Shown here piece after piece: positions 1-8,725 of a stretch of 64,000 nt of DNA. The first letter of the stretch is position 1. Each line of letters begins with the position of its first letter. The notes under the pieces were generated by a model that worked only from the letters and a program-made list of their open reading frames with translations, was not told the DNA's origin and ran no database searches. The position numbers and the translations under genes are program-made. The DNA is from Alphaproteobacteria bacterium (GTDB taxonomy: Bacteria; Pseudomonadota; Alphaproteobacteria; Bin95): contig CBDBGH010000003.1 in the NCBI GenBank assembly GCA_965205265.1, positions 1,138,749 to 1,202,748 on the forward strand. Reading direction: 5' to 3'.

Positions 1-982
1 CCGCATCGCCGAAGGGCAGGCGTTTCGATTCCTGGTCCTGCGGGTCGTGGTCGCTCGCTATGGCGTCGATGGTGCCGTCGGCCAGCGCTTCCACCACGGC
101 GCGCCGGTCGGCCTCGGACCGGAGCGGCGGGGAGACCTTGCCGAATGTCCGGTATTCGCCGATGGCGGTCTCGTTGAGCGCGAAATAATGCGGGGCCGTG
201 TCGCAGGTGACCCGCCAGCCCTCGCGCTTGGCCCGGCGGATGAGCGTAAGCCCCTCTGCGGTGGTAACATGGGCCGCGTGGTAGCGCCCGCCGGTCAGCG
301 CAACCAGGCGCAGGTCCCGGTCGATCATCATCGCTTCCGCAGCGGCGGGAATTCCGGGCAGGCCGAGGCGGGTCGCGATCTCGCCTTCGGTCACCACGCC
401 GCCCCTTGCCAGTTCGGGCTCTTCCGGGTGCTGCACGATGAGCGCATCGAAGGCCTGCGCATAGGAGAGCGCCCTGCGCATTACGCGGGCGCTGGAGACC
501 GCGCGCAGCCCGTCGGTGAAGGCGAGCGCGCCCGCGTCCTTCAGCATGCCGAGCTCCGTCAGCTGCTCGCCCTTGAGGCCGCGCGTGAGGGCTCCGTAGG
601 CGAACACCTTGACCCGCCGGACCTCGCGCGCGCGCCGGGCGATGAACTCGACGACATTCACGTCGTCGATCACCGGCGAGGTGTTGGGCAGGGCGACGAC
701 GGCGGTGACGCCGCCGGCTGCCGCCGCCAGGCTGCCGCTGTCGATGGTCTCCTTGTGCTCGCCGCCGGGTTCGCCCAGCTGCACCCGCATGTCCACAAGG
801 CCGGGCGCGGCGCAGGCGCCTTCGCAGTCGATGACGGCCGCGCCCTCCGGCGCCGATCCGGCGGCGACCTCCGGGCCGATTGCGGCAATCCTGCCGTCCT
901 CGATCAGGATGCCGCCGGGCGCGTCCAGCCGCGTCGCCGGGTCCAGCAACCGGGCGTTGACGAGCGCCGTGCGCCTGGTCAT
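1..982 (-). CDS. pyrC: dihydroorotase-type amidohydrolase (PyrC/PyrX); C-terminal part runs off the window
   Basis: The minus-strand frame is open from the ATG at 982 to position 1. It is absent from the ORF track because there is no stop in the window. My translation reads [36 protein letters not shown]...[14 protein letters not shown]...IASDHDPQ. The ATGA start/stop overlap with pyrB is the usual pyrB-pyrC pairing. Confidence 0.85.
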   Translation of the reverse strand, partial: MTRRTALVNARLLDPATRLDAPGGILIEDGRIAAIGPEVAAGSAPEGAAVIDCEGACAAPGLVDMRVQLGEPGGEHKETIDSGSLAAAAGGVTAVVALPNTSPVIDDVNVVEFIARRAREVRRVKVFAYGALTRGLKGEQLTELGMLKDAGALAFTDGLRAVSSARVMRRALSYAQAFDALIVQHPEEPELARGGVVTEGEIATRLGLPGIPAAAEAMMIDRDLRLVALTGGRYHAAHVTTAEGLTLIRRAKREGWRVTCDTAPHYFALNETAIGEYRTFGKVSPPLRSEADRRAVVEALADGTIDAIASDHDPQDQESKRLPFGDA

Positions 983-1944
983 GCGGCCTCGGCGCGGTTC
1001 GACTGCAGCTTGCGCGTCAGGAGGTCGAGGCAGGCCATGCGGACCGCGACGCCCATCTCCACCTGCTCCTGGATCAGCGAGCGGTGGATGTCGTCGGCCA
1101 CGTCGCTGTCGATCTCCACGCCCCGGTTCATCGGCCCGGGATGCATCACCAGCGCATCCGGCCGGGCCGCCGCCAGCTTGCGGGCGTCGAGGCCGAAGAA
1201 GTGGAAATACTCCCGCACGGACGGCACGAAGCTGCCCTGCATCCGCTCCGTCTGGAGGCGCAACATCATCACGATGTCCACGCCGTCGAGGCCGGCCTGC
1301 ATGTCGTGGAAGACCTCGACGCCGAAGCGGTACATCTCGGCCGGCAGCAGGGTGGGCGGCGCCACGACCCGCACGCGCGTGCCCATGGCGTTGAAGAGGT
1401 GGATGTTCGAGCGCGCGACGCGGCTGTGCATGATGTCGCCGCAAATCGCGACCGTGAGGCCGGAGAGGCCGCCGAGGCGCCGGCGGATCGTCAGCGCGTC
1501 GAGCAGGGCCTGGGTCGGGTGCTCGTGCCAGCCGTCGCCGGCGTTGATGACCGCCCCGTCCACCTTCTCCGACAGCAGGTGGACGGCGCCGGACTGCGGG
1601 TGGCGGACCACCAGCAGGTCGGGCCGCATGGCGTTGAGCGTGAGCGCCGTGTCGAGCAGCGTCTCTCCCTTCTTGATCGCGCTGATGTCGGGGGAGATGT
1701 TGATGACATCGGCGCCGAGCCGCTTGCCGGCCAGTTCGAAACTGGTGCGGGTGCGCGTCGAGGTCTCGAAGAAGACGTTGATGACGGTGCGCCCCTTCAG
1801 CACCGCGACCTTCTTGTCGTCGCGCCGGCTCTGCTCGACATAGCTCTCGGACAGGTCCAGCAGGGCCGAAATCTCGCCGGGCGCAAGGCCCTCTATGCCA
1901 AGCAGGTGACGATGCGGGTAGCTGTATGGAGCGGCATCGGCCAT
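979..1944 (-). CDS. pyrB: aspartate carbamoyltransferase catalytic subunit
   Basis: ORF 979..1974 carries the motifs [21 protein letters not shown] and HPGPMNRG. I trimmed the start to the ATG at 1944 ([20 protein letters not shown]); the track start at 1974 is a TTG. Confidence 0.95.
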   Translation of the reverse strand: MADAAPYSYPHRHLLGIEGLAPGEISALLDLSESYVEQSRRDDKKVAVLKGRTVINVFFETSTRTRTSFELAGKRLGADVINISPDISAIKKGETLLDTALTLNAMRPDLLVVRHPQSGAVHLLSEKVDGAVINAGDGWHEHPTQALLDALTIRRRLGGLSGLTVAICGDIMHSRVARSNIHLFNAMGTRVRVVAPPTLLPAEMYRFGVEVFHDMQAGLDGVDIVMMLRLQTERMQGSFVPSVREYFHFFGLDARKLAAARPDALVMHPGPMNRGVEIDSDVADDIHRSLIQEQVEMGVAVRMACLDLLTRKLQSNRAEAA

Positions 1945-2035
1945 AAAGCGGCTTTGTGCGGGGGATTCGGGCAACGATCAAGGGTCCGCCCGTCCGGGAC
2001 TGTGGATGAATCGCGCGAGCGGGAGGCGCCGGCCG

Positions 2036-3277
2036 ATGGACATGCGTTTGACGCCGTTTCAGCAGGAGCTGGTGGACAGGGCGCGCCGCCTGGCGGTGGA
2101 GCGGTTCGCACCGCGCGCCGCCGCGCTCGACCGCGAGGCGGCCTTTCCCTTCGAGGACTATGACGACCTGAGGGAAGAAGGGTTGCTGGCGCTCTGCATC
2201 CCGGAGGCGCATGGCGGGCTCGGCGCGGATTTCGAGACCTATTGCCTGGTCGCCGAGCAGATCGCGCGCGGCAACGCCTCCACGGCGCTCACTTACAACA
2301 TGCACTGCCTCACCATGATGCTGATGGGCGAGATGGCGGACCGGTACGGCATGCCGGCGGAGAAGCGCGCCCGCCATGAGCGCCTCCGCGCGGAGAAGTT
2401 CCGCGAGGTGGTGGAGGAGGGCGTGTTCTACGGCCAGCCGCACAGCGAGCCGGTGGAGGAAGGCGAGACCGACACGGCCTTCAGCGTCGGCGGGCGGCGG
2501 TTCGGCACCGAGGCGCGGAAGGTGGAGGGCGGCTACCGCGTGACGGGGCGCAAATTCTTCGTTTCGCTCTCGGACGCGGCGGACTATTTCGCAACGCCGG
2601 CGATCCTGGTGGACGAGGGGAAGCTGACCTGGCTGGAGCGCACGCTTTACCTCAAGGTGCCGCGCGATGCCGAAGGGGTCGCCTTCGAGGGCGAGTGGGA
2701 CCCGATCGGCATGCGCGCCACGGTGAGCCGCGAGATGCACCTCCGGGACGTGTTCGTGCCCGACAGCGGCGACATCCTGCCGCCCGGCGTGTTCGGCGGC
2801 CTGTATCTGACCGCCTCGCACGCCCCGATGGGCTTCTCCGCGACTTTCCTGGGGCTCGCGGTCGAAGCTGCGGAAACCGCGCTCGCCTATCTGCAGGGCG
2901 GGCTTGCGGGCGCGCCCGGCCGGTCGAGCGTATCGCCTTCCGCCAGCAACGGGGTCTCCGAGATGCTCCTGAAGCTGGAGGCCACGCGCTCGCTCTTCTA
3001 CCACGCCGTCTCGGAGGCGAAGCTGCCGCCGACGCCGGAGACCCGTCAGCGCGCCCGCGCCGCGCATGTCACGGTGCAGCGCAATGCCGTGGAGATAACC
3101 TCGCTCGCCATGCGGGTCTGCGGCGGCCGCGCGATCCTCAAGCGCTTCCCGCTGGAGCGCCACCTCCGCGACGCCCGTGCCGCCTCCGTCATGCGCCCCT
3201 GGACGCTGGACATCGTCACGGAAGAACTCTGGAACGCGGCCTTGGCCCCGGAGGCAGAGAACGCACAAGGCGATTAG
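2036..3277 (+). CDS. acyl-CoA dehydrogenase family protein
   Basis: ORF 2006..3277. The protein begins MDMRLTPFQQELVDRARRLAVERFAPRAAALDREAAFPFEDYDDLREEGLLAL, a typical ACAD N-terminus. I set the start to ATG 2036, downstream of GGGAGG. Confidence 0.8.
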   Translation: MDMRLTPFQQELVDRARRLAVERFAPRAAALDREAAFPFEDYDDLREEGLLALCIPEAHGGLGADFETYCLVAEQIARGNASTALTYNMHCLTMMLMGEMADRYGMPAEKRARHERLRAEKFREVVEEGVFYGQPHSEPVEEGETDTAFSVGGRRFGTEARKVEGGYRVTGRKFFVSLSDAADYFATPAILVDEGKLTWLERTLYLKVPRDAEGVAFEGEWDPIGMRATVSREMHLRDVFVPDSGDILPPGVFGGLYLTASHAPMGFSATFLGLAVEAAETALAYLQGGLAGAPGRSSVSPSASNGVSEMLLKLEATRSLFYHAVSEAKLPPTPETRQRARAAHVTVQRNAVEITSLAMRVCGGRAILKRFPLERHLRDARAASVMRPWTLDIVTEELWNAALAPEAENAQGD

Positions 3278-3456
3278 TGCAGAGCCCGTTCCGATGAAAC
3301 CGTATTTCGCTCCGGGCCCGAAAATATCGGCCCGGACGCCCGCAGGGCGAGCCGGGGCCTCGTGCGGCCGGAGCGGGCGTCCCGAGGTCCCGAATCGACC
3401 CCGGATCGGGGTCCGGGGCAGGCTGCTCCGCGCCGACCGGGACGACGCCGGGAGTT

Positions 3457-3620
3457 TGCGTGGAGTGGGCCCCATGGTCCGGACAGTTTCAAGCGGCGTT
3501 TTTGACAGGTGTGTGGTTTTGTTTCTCCTCGAAGTGTTTTGGGCTGAGATATCCGAGAGCAGAGTGCAGGCGTCTGTTGTTGTAGCTGTCGATGAAGCGC
3601 GGCAGGTGTTGAGCGACGTC
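3457..3620 (-). mobile_element. IS3-family insertion sequence remnant: last 43 codons of the OrfB transposase plus a probable terminal inverted repeat
   Basis: Minus-strand translation of 3620..3489 gives DVAQHLPRFIDSYNNRRLHSALGYLSPKHFEEKQNHTPVKNAA*. This is the conserved C-terminal YN.R.LHSALGY.SP..FE block of IS3-family (rve) transposases. Downstream of the stop, 3488..3457 reads AAACTGTCCGGACCATGGGGCCCACTCCACGCA, which resembles an IS3-type end finishing in CA. The frame is cut upstream by a stop at 3621-3623, so the rest of the IS is missing. Confidence 0.7.
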
Positions 3621-3629
3621 CTAGTTGCT

Positions 3630-4145
3630 TTGAACGACAAGGAACTGATCGGTCGGACGCGGTTGCAGAAGACGATCTATCTTCTTGACCGTTGCGGGGC
3701 GGATTTCGGGTTGCCGTTCGAATATTACCGCTACGGCCCCTATTCCTTCGAGCTTGTCGGAGGCCTGAACGATGCGTTGGCGGACGAGCGTATCGATGTC
3801 GAGGAAAGGCCGGGGCGCCACAAGGTGCGTTATGCGGTCTTCAGGACGGACGCAGAACGGCCGGAAGCCTTGGGGAACCTTCTGGCCGAACAGGCCGTTT
3901 CCCTGCTGGGCCGGATGAAATACGTTTCCGACTTCGTTCTGGAGCTCGCCGCGACCATCGTTTTCCTGCGGGACGAATGGCACTATTACGGCAAGAACAA
4001 GGTTGCCACCGCCGACGCAATGGATGCGGCTGTCGAGGAAACGAAAAGGCGCAAATCGCTCAAGGCGACGCCGGAGCGGCTTGAAAAGGCGCTGGCCTTG
4101 CTGGACGATCTCGGCCTTGCGGACGCTCCGGCCGGACAAAAATAG
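3630..4145 (+). CDS. YwgA-like / DUF4065 (Panacea)-like hypothetical protein, possibly 5'-truncated by the IS3 remnant
   Basis: This is the C-terminal part of track ORF 3177..4145. It contains ...IGRTRLQKTIYLLDRCGADFGLPFEYYRYGPYSFELVGGLNDAL... The pattern RLQK..YL followed by Y.YGPYS.EL is what I associate with YwgA/SocA-Panacea-type proteins. G+C is visibly lower than in the neighbours. The only plausible start is TTG at 3630, and the sequence immediately upstream is IS3-derived. Confidence 0.5.
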   Translation: MNDKELIGRTRLQKTIYLLDRCGADFGLPFEYYRYGPYSFELVGGLNDALADERIDVEERPGRHKVRYAVFRTDAERPEALGNLLAEQAVSLLGRMKYVSDFVLELAATIVFLRDEWHYYGKNKVATADAMDAAVEETKRRKSLKATPERLEKALALLDDLGLADAPAGQK

Positions 4146-4153
4146 CTCGTCCC

Positions 4154-4402
4154 TCACCCTCCGCCAATGCGGGGCAGGAGATAGACTTCGGCGCCTTCGG
4201 GGATTGGGGCGGTCAGGTCGTCCTGGTGCATCACGCCGTCTATGGCGACGGCCATGCTTTCCTCGACTTGGCGGCCGAGACCCGGAAAGCGCGCGTCCAG
4301 ATCCCGGACCAGGCCTCTTATGCTGGTTGCGTCCGACTCCAGCTCGGCCATGCCGCCCGTGTATTGGCGGCAGGCCGAGTGGGTCAGGACGATGCGCGCC
4401 AA
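4154..4402 (-). CDS. MoaD/ThiS-family ubiquitin-like sulfur-carrier protein
   Basis: The 82-aa ORF ends ...AEVYLLPRIGGG*, a C-terminal Gly-Gly, with beta-grasp-like length and pattern. It has a TTG start and lies 7 nt downstream of the molybdoenzyme large-subunit stop. Confidence 0.7.
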   Translation of the reverse strand: MARIVLTHSACRQYTGGMAELESDATSIRGLVRDLDARFPGLGRQVEESMAVAIDGVMHQDDLTAPIPEGAEVYLLPRIGGG

Positions 4403-4409
4403 GGCGGGG

Positions 4410-6692
4410 CTATTCCTCCGCCGCCGCCTGCTCGTCCACCGCCTTGCGGACCTTGGGCGGCGACATGGGCAGTTCCGTCAGCCGGATGCCGATGGCGTCC
4501 TGGATGGCATTCGCCATCGCGGCCATGGGCGGCACGATCGGCACCTCGCCGACCCCGCGCGCGCCGTAGGGATGCCTCGGGTTCGGCACCTCGACGACGA
4601 CGGTGTCGATCATCGGCAGGTCCGAGGCCACCGGGATGCGGTAGTCGAGGAAGCCCGGATTCTCCAGCCGGCCCTTGTCGTCGTAGATATATTCCTCGTT
4701 CAAGGCCCAGCCGATGCCCTGCACGGCGCCGCCCTGGATCTGCCCCTCGACATAGGAGGGATGGATCGCGCGGCCCGCGTCCTGCGTCGCCAGATAGCGC
4801 AGCACCTTCACATGGCCGGTCTCCCGGTCCACCTCGACATCGACCAGATGCGTGCCGAAGCCGGGGCCCGCGCCCTGGGCGTTGAGCGAGGAGGTGGCGG
4901 CGATGGGCCCGCCGGTGCGGCCCGACTTGGCGGCGAGGTCCTCCAGCGTGAGCGGCTCGAAATCGCCCGCATTGCTGCCGGCGGGAACGGCCTTGCCGTC
5001 CTGCCACTCGACCGCCTCGACCGGGATGTCCCAGGTCTTGGCGGCGCGCGCCTTCAGCTCGTTCACAACGGACTTCGACGCCTCCACCACCGCCATGCCG
5101 GTGGCGAAGGTGACGCGGCTGCCGCCGGTGAGGAAGCAGTAGCCGACCGAGCTCGTGTCCGCGACGATCGGGCGGACGCGCTCCACATCGATGCCGAGCA
5201 CCTCGGCCGCCATCATCGCCATGGAGGCGCGGGAGCCGCCGATATCCGGGTTGCCGGTGGCGACCACGGCCGTGCCGTCCTCGTTGATGTTGACGGTCGC
5301 AGAGGACTCGCCGCCGATATTGAACCAGAAGCCCGCGGCGACGCCGCGCCCCTGGTTCGGCCCGAGCGGCACCTTGTAGTTCGGGTGGTCCTTCACCGCC
5401 TCCAGCGTCTCGACGCAGCCGATATCGCCGAAGGTCGGGCCGTAGGCCGCCTTGGTGCCCTTCTTGGCGGCGTTCTTGAGCCGGAGCTCGACCGGGTCCA
5501 TGCCGAGTTCGCGCGCGAGCTCGTCCACCGCGCTCTCGACGCCGAAGTTCGAGATCGGCGCGCCGGGCGCCCGGTAGGCCGCGACCTTGGGACGGTTGGT
5601 CACGACGTCATAGCCGGTGATGCGCACGTCCTGGAGGTCGTACACCGCGAACGCGGTCATGCAGCCGGGCCCGACCGGCGAGCCCGCATAGGCGCCGGCC
5701 TGGAACTTCAGCACGGCGTCGCCGGCGACGATGGTGCCGTCGCGCTTGGCGCCGATCTTGACCCAGACGGTGCCGCCCGAGGTCGGGCCGGAGCCGCGGA
5801 ACACCTCTTCGCGGGTCATCGCCATCTTGACCGGCCGCCCGGACTTCCGCGACAGCACGACCGCCAGCGGCTCCAGATAAACCAGCGTCTTGCCGCCGAA
5901 GCCGCCGCCGATCTCCAGCGGCGTCACGCGGATTTCGGAAATGTCGATGCCGAGCAGCTTGGCCACATAGGCGCGGACCATGAACTGGCCCTGGCTGGAG
6001 CAGTAGATCTGCACCTGCCCGTCCGCGGCGTATTGCGCGACGCAGGCATGCGGCTCGATGTAGCCCTGGTGGACGGGCGCCGTCTTGTATTTGCGCTCGA
6101 TGACGATGTCGGCCTTCTCGAACGCCGCGTCCACATCGCCCAGCTGGAACACCATGCGCTTGGCGACATTTGACGGGGTTGTCGGCTTCGGATCGACGCC
6201 CGAGGTGAACATGTCGTCATGGAGGACGGGCGCGCCTTCCACCATCGCGTCCTCGACGTCGATGACATGCGCCAGCACCTCGTAGTCCACCTCGATGGCC
6301 GCGAGCGCGGCATCGGCGGCGGCGGCGCTGGTGGCCGCGACCGCGGCGACGGCATGGCCGTCATAAAGCGCCTTGTCGCGCGCCATCGTGTTGCCGGACA
6401 TGTCCTTGAAGTCCGCCGGGCCTTCGCCCACAAAGGCTTCCTCGCTGGTGATCTCGGGCATGTCGGCGGCGGTCATCACCGCCTTGACGCCCGGGATCGC
6501 CTCCGCCTTCGAGGTGTCGATGGACCGGATGCGGGCATGGGCGTGCGGGCTGCGCAGCACCTTGCCCACAAGCTGGCCGGGAAGCTGGAAATCGGCCCCG
6601 AACTGGGCGCGGCCGGTGACCTTGTCCACGCCGTCCGGGCGGATCGGCCTGGTTCCGACGACCTTGAGGTCGGGGGTTCCGTCGGGTGCCAT
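4410..6692 (-). CDS. xanthine dehydrogenase/aldehyde oxidase family molybdopterin-binding large subunit (CoxL-like)
   Basis: ORF 4410..6887 trimmed to ATG 6692 (MAPDGTPDLKVVGTRPIRPDGVDKVTGRAQFGADF...). The loop AAYRAPGAP replaces the CODH form-I AYxCSFR signature. Confidence 0.9.
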   Translation of the reverse strand: MAPDGTPDLKVVGTRPIRPDGVDKVTGRAQFGADFQLPGQLVGKVLRSPHAHARIRSIDTSKAEAIPGVKAVMTAADMPEITSEEAFVGEGPADFKDMSGNTMARDKALYDGHAVAAVAATSAAAADAALAAIEVDYEVLAHVIDVEDAMVEGAPVLHDDMFTSGVDPKPTTPSNVAKRMVFQLGDVDAAFEKADIVIERKYKTAPVHQGYIEPHACVAQYAADGQVQIYCSSQGQFMVRAYVAKLLGIDISEIRVTPLEIGGGFGGKTLVYLEPLAVVLSRKSGRPVKMAMTREEVFRGSGPTSGGTVWVKIGAKRDGTIVAGDAVLKFQAGAYAGSPVGPGCMTAFAVYDLQDVRITGYDVVTNRPKVAAYRAPGAPISNFGVESAVDELARELGMDPVELRLKNAAKKGTKAAYGPTFGDIGCVETLEAVKDHPNYKVPLGPNQGRGVAAGFWFNIGGESSATVNINEDGTAVVATGNPDIGGSRASMAMMAAEVLGIDVERVRPIVADTSSVGYCFLTGGSRVTFATGMAVVEASKSVVNELKARAAKTWDIPVEAVEWQDGKAVPAGSNAGDFEPLTLEDLAAKSGRTGGPIAATSSLNAQGAGPGFGTHLVDVEVDRETGHVKVLRYLATQDAGRAIHPSYVEGQIQGGAVQGIGWALNEEYIYDDKGRLENPGFLDYRIPVASDLPMIDTVVVEVPNPRHPYGARGVGEVPIVPPMAAMANAIQDAIGIRLTELPMSPPKVRKAVDEQAAAEE

Positions 6693-6693
6693 G

Positions 6694-7173
6694 TCAGGAT
6701 GCTCCTCGCATGTCGGCGGCCGTGTCGAGCACGGCGCGGATGATCTTGTCGTAGCCGGTGCAGCGGCAGAGATTGCCGGCCAGCCAGTAGCGCGCCTCCT
6801 CCTCGGTGGGATTCGGGTTGCGCTCCAGCAGCGCCCTGGACGCGACCAGGAAGCCCGGCGTGCAGATGCCGCACTGCAGCGCCGCATATTCCAGGAACTT
6901 CTGCTGCAGCGGGTGCAGCCGGTCCCCGTCGGCCATGCCCTCGATGGTCTGGATGGCGTGGCCCTCGGCCTCGACGCCCAGCATCAGGCAGGAGCAGACG
7001 AGGCGGTCGTCGACCGTGATCGAGCAGGCGCCGCAGTCGCCCGTGGCGCAGCCTTCCTTGGTGCCGGTCAGATGCAGCTCGTCGCGGAGCACGTCGAGCA
7101 TGGTCTGCTCGGTGTTGCAGAGGAACTCGACCGGCTCGCCGTTGATCGTGGTGGAAATGTGGTGTTTCGCCAT
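6694..7173 (-). CDS. (2Fe-2S)-binding small subunit of the molybdoenzyme (CoxS-like)
   Basis: The 159-aa protein carries GCATGDCGACS and CGICTPGF...CRCTGY cysteine motifs. Confidence 0.95.
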   Translation of the reverse strand: MAKHHISTTINGEPVEFLCNTEQTMLDVLRDELHLTGTKEGCATGDCGACSITVDDRLVCSCLMLGVEAEGHAIQTIEGMADGDRLHPLQQKFLEYAALQCGICTPGFLVASRALLERNPNPTEEEARYWLAGNLCRCTGYDKIIRAVLDTAADMRGAS

Positions 7174-7182
7174 GGTTTCGGC

Positions 7183-8049
7183 TCAGGCTCCCGCGCGCTT
7201 GAAGGCAGTGGCGGCCGCGCGGCGCGCCAGCACGCCTGCGACCTTGGTGCGGTATTCGATGGTGCCGCGCTTGTCGTCGATGGGCTTGCAAGCGGCCCGT
7301 GCGGCGGCGTCGAGCGCGGCGAGCGCCGCATCGTCGAGCCTGCTGCCGACCAGCGCCGCAGCCGCATCGGGGACGACCAGCACGGTCGGCGCGACGGCCC
7401 CGAGCGACACTTTCGCCGCTGTGCAGGCGCCGCCCTCATCCAGTGTCACGCAGACGCCGGCGCCGACCACGGCGATGTCCATTTCCGTGCGCGGAATGAA
7501 GCGCAGATAGGCGTCTCCCGTGCGCGCCGGCTTCGGCGGCAGCTTGATCGCGACCACCATCTCGCCCTTGGCGAGCGAAGTGCGGCCCGGCGCCGTCGGC
7601 ACATCCTCGACCGGAACCTCGCGCTCCCCGTCCGGCCCGGCGATGACGACCGTTGCGCCCGCCGCCGCCAGCGCCGGCACGGAGTCCGCAGCGGGCGAGG
7701 CATTGCAGAGATTGCCGACAAACGAGGCCCGGCCCTGAATCTGCGTCGAGCCGATCAGTTCGACCGCTTCGACGATGCCCGGCCAGTCCTTCGACAGCGT
7801 CGCGTGCTCGCCCGCCTCGGCGCCGGAAACGGATGCGCCGATCCGGTAGCCGCCGCCCTCGGTCGTGATTGTCCGGAGTTCGGGAATCCGCTTGGTATCG
7901 ACGATCAGGTCCGGCTTCAGAATGCCGGAACGCAATTGGACGAGGAGGTCCGTGCCCCCCGCCAGCACCCTGGCGACGCCGCTTGCGTTCGCCAGCAACT
8001 GCACCGCTTCGGCCACCGTCGTGGGCGCAGCGAAACTCGGTGCGTACAT
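7183..8049 (-). CDS. FAD-binding medium subunit of the molybdoenzyme (CoxM-like)
   Basis: The 288-aa protein contains VLAGGTDLLVQLR and ...KRGTIEYRTKVAGVL, typical of the FAD-binding PCMH subunit. It is the first gene of the M-S-L operon. Confidence 0.9.
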   Translation of the reverse strand: MYAPSFAAPTTVAEAVQLLANASGVARVLAGGTDLLVQLRSGILKPDLIVDTKRIPELRTITTEGGGYRIGASVSGAEAGEHATLSKDWPGIVEAVELIGSTQIQGRASFVGNLCNASPAADSVPALAAAGATVVIAGPDGEREVPVEDVPTAPGRTSLAKGEMVVAIKLPPKPARTGDAYLRFIPRTEMDIAVVGAGVCVTLDEGGACTAAKVSLGAVAPTVLVVPDAAAALVGSRLDDAALAALDAAARAACKPIDDKRGTIEYRTKVAGVLARRAAATAFKRAGA

Positions 8050-8224
8050 CCTTCCTCCTCAATCTCGCATGGTCGCGCAAACAGACCCGCTGAAGCACCG
8101 TTGGGAGCCGGCGAGCCACTCGGATAACGCTATTCTAGAGCCATCCGTCCCCCTTTGGCGAGTGCGCAGCGTCGATAAGTCGCCTCGGCCCGGGCGTTAA
8201 CCTGCTGGAGAGATGCATGAAGGA

Positions 8225-8725
8225 TTAGAAGTCAAGAATGGCAGGCTTGTGCCCGCAATGCTTGATGAATCGCACGAGATCGTCCGGGGCAATGGCTGTG
8301 GTGCGGTCGTTGCGCAGCGGGTGGTAGTTGAGCGGTGAGATTTCGAGCATCCGGGCCTGCAGCACCGGCTGCACGCGCCGTTCGCGGTCATTGATGAGGG
8401 CGAAGGGCGTGACGGCGCCGGGGAGGATGCCGAGCACTTCCATGAGGCGCTCCGCCGACCCGAAGGAAGGGCGGCCCGCGCCGATCCGCCCGCCGAGTTC
8501 CTTCAGGTCGATCCTCGCATCTTCCAGGCAGACGACCAGCCAGTAGGCGTTCTTCCGGTTCTTCAGGAACAGGTTCTTGCAATGGCCGCCCTCCAGCAGG
8601 CCGCGATATTCCCGGTTCTCGTCCACCGTGAACACCGGCTCGTGGCAGACGGTGCTGTGGGCGATGGCGAGTTCGTCGAGGCGGGCGAACAGGTCCTCCG
8701 GCGTGGCCGGCCTGGAGGCGGTCAT
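8225..8725 (-). CDS. YbaK/ProX-type aminoacyl-tRNA editing domain protein
   Basis: This is the C-terminal 166 aa of track ORF 8225..9622 (MTASRPATPEDLFARLDELAIAHSTVCHEPVFTVDE...CKNLFLKNRKN...GAVTPFALIND). The start ATG at 8725 overlaps the upstream stop (ATGA). Confidence 0.8.
   Translation of the reverse strand: MTASRPATPEDLFARLDELAIAHSTVCHEPVFTVDENREYRGLLEGGHCKNLFLKNRKNAYWLVVCLEDARIDLKELGGRIGAGRPSFGSAERLMEVLGILPGAVTPFALINDRERRVQPVLQARMLEISPLNYHPLRNDRTTAIAPDDLVRFIKHCGHKPAILDF

Noticed and set aside
47-1843. 598-aa plus-strand ORF, and similar ones at 4242..6173, 6373..8127, 38756..40762, 41846..43597 and 45402..47756
   Set aside because: Each lies opposite a gene with strong family motifs (pyrC/pyrB, coxL, coxS/M, the TPP enzyme, the acyl-CoA synthetase, the ACAD). 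All have the same Arg/Gly/Pro/Ala-biased composition.
4410-8049. Calling the CoxMSL-like operon a carbon monoxide dehydrogenase
   Set aside because: The large subunit has AYRAPGAP where form-I CODH has the AYxCSFR active-site loop. No coxD/E/F/G accessory genes are present. I kept it as a generic xanthine dehydrogenase-family hydroxylase.
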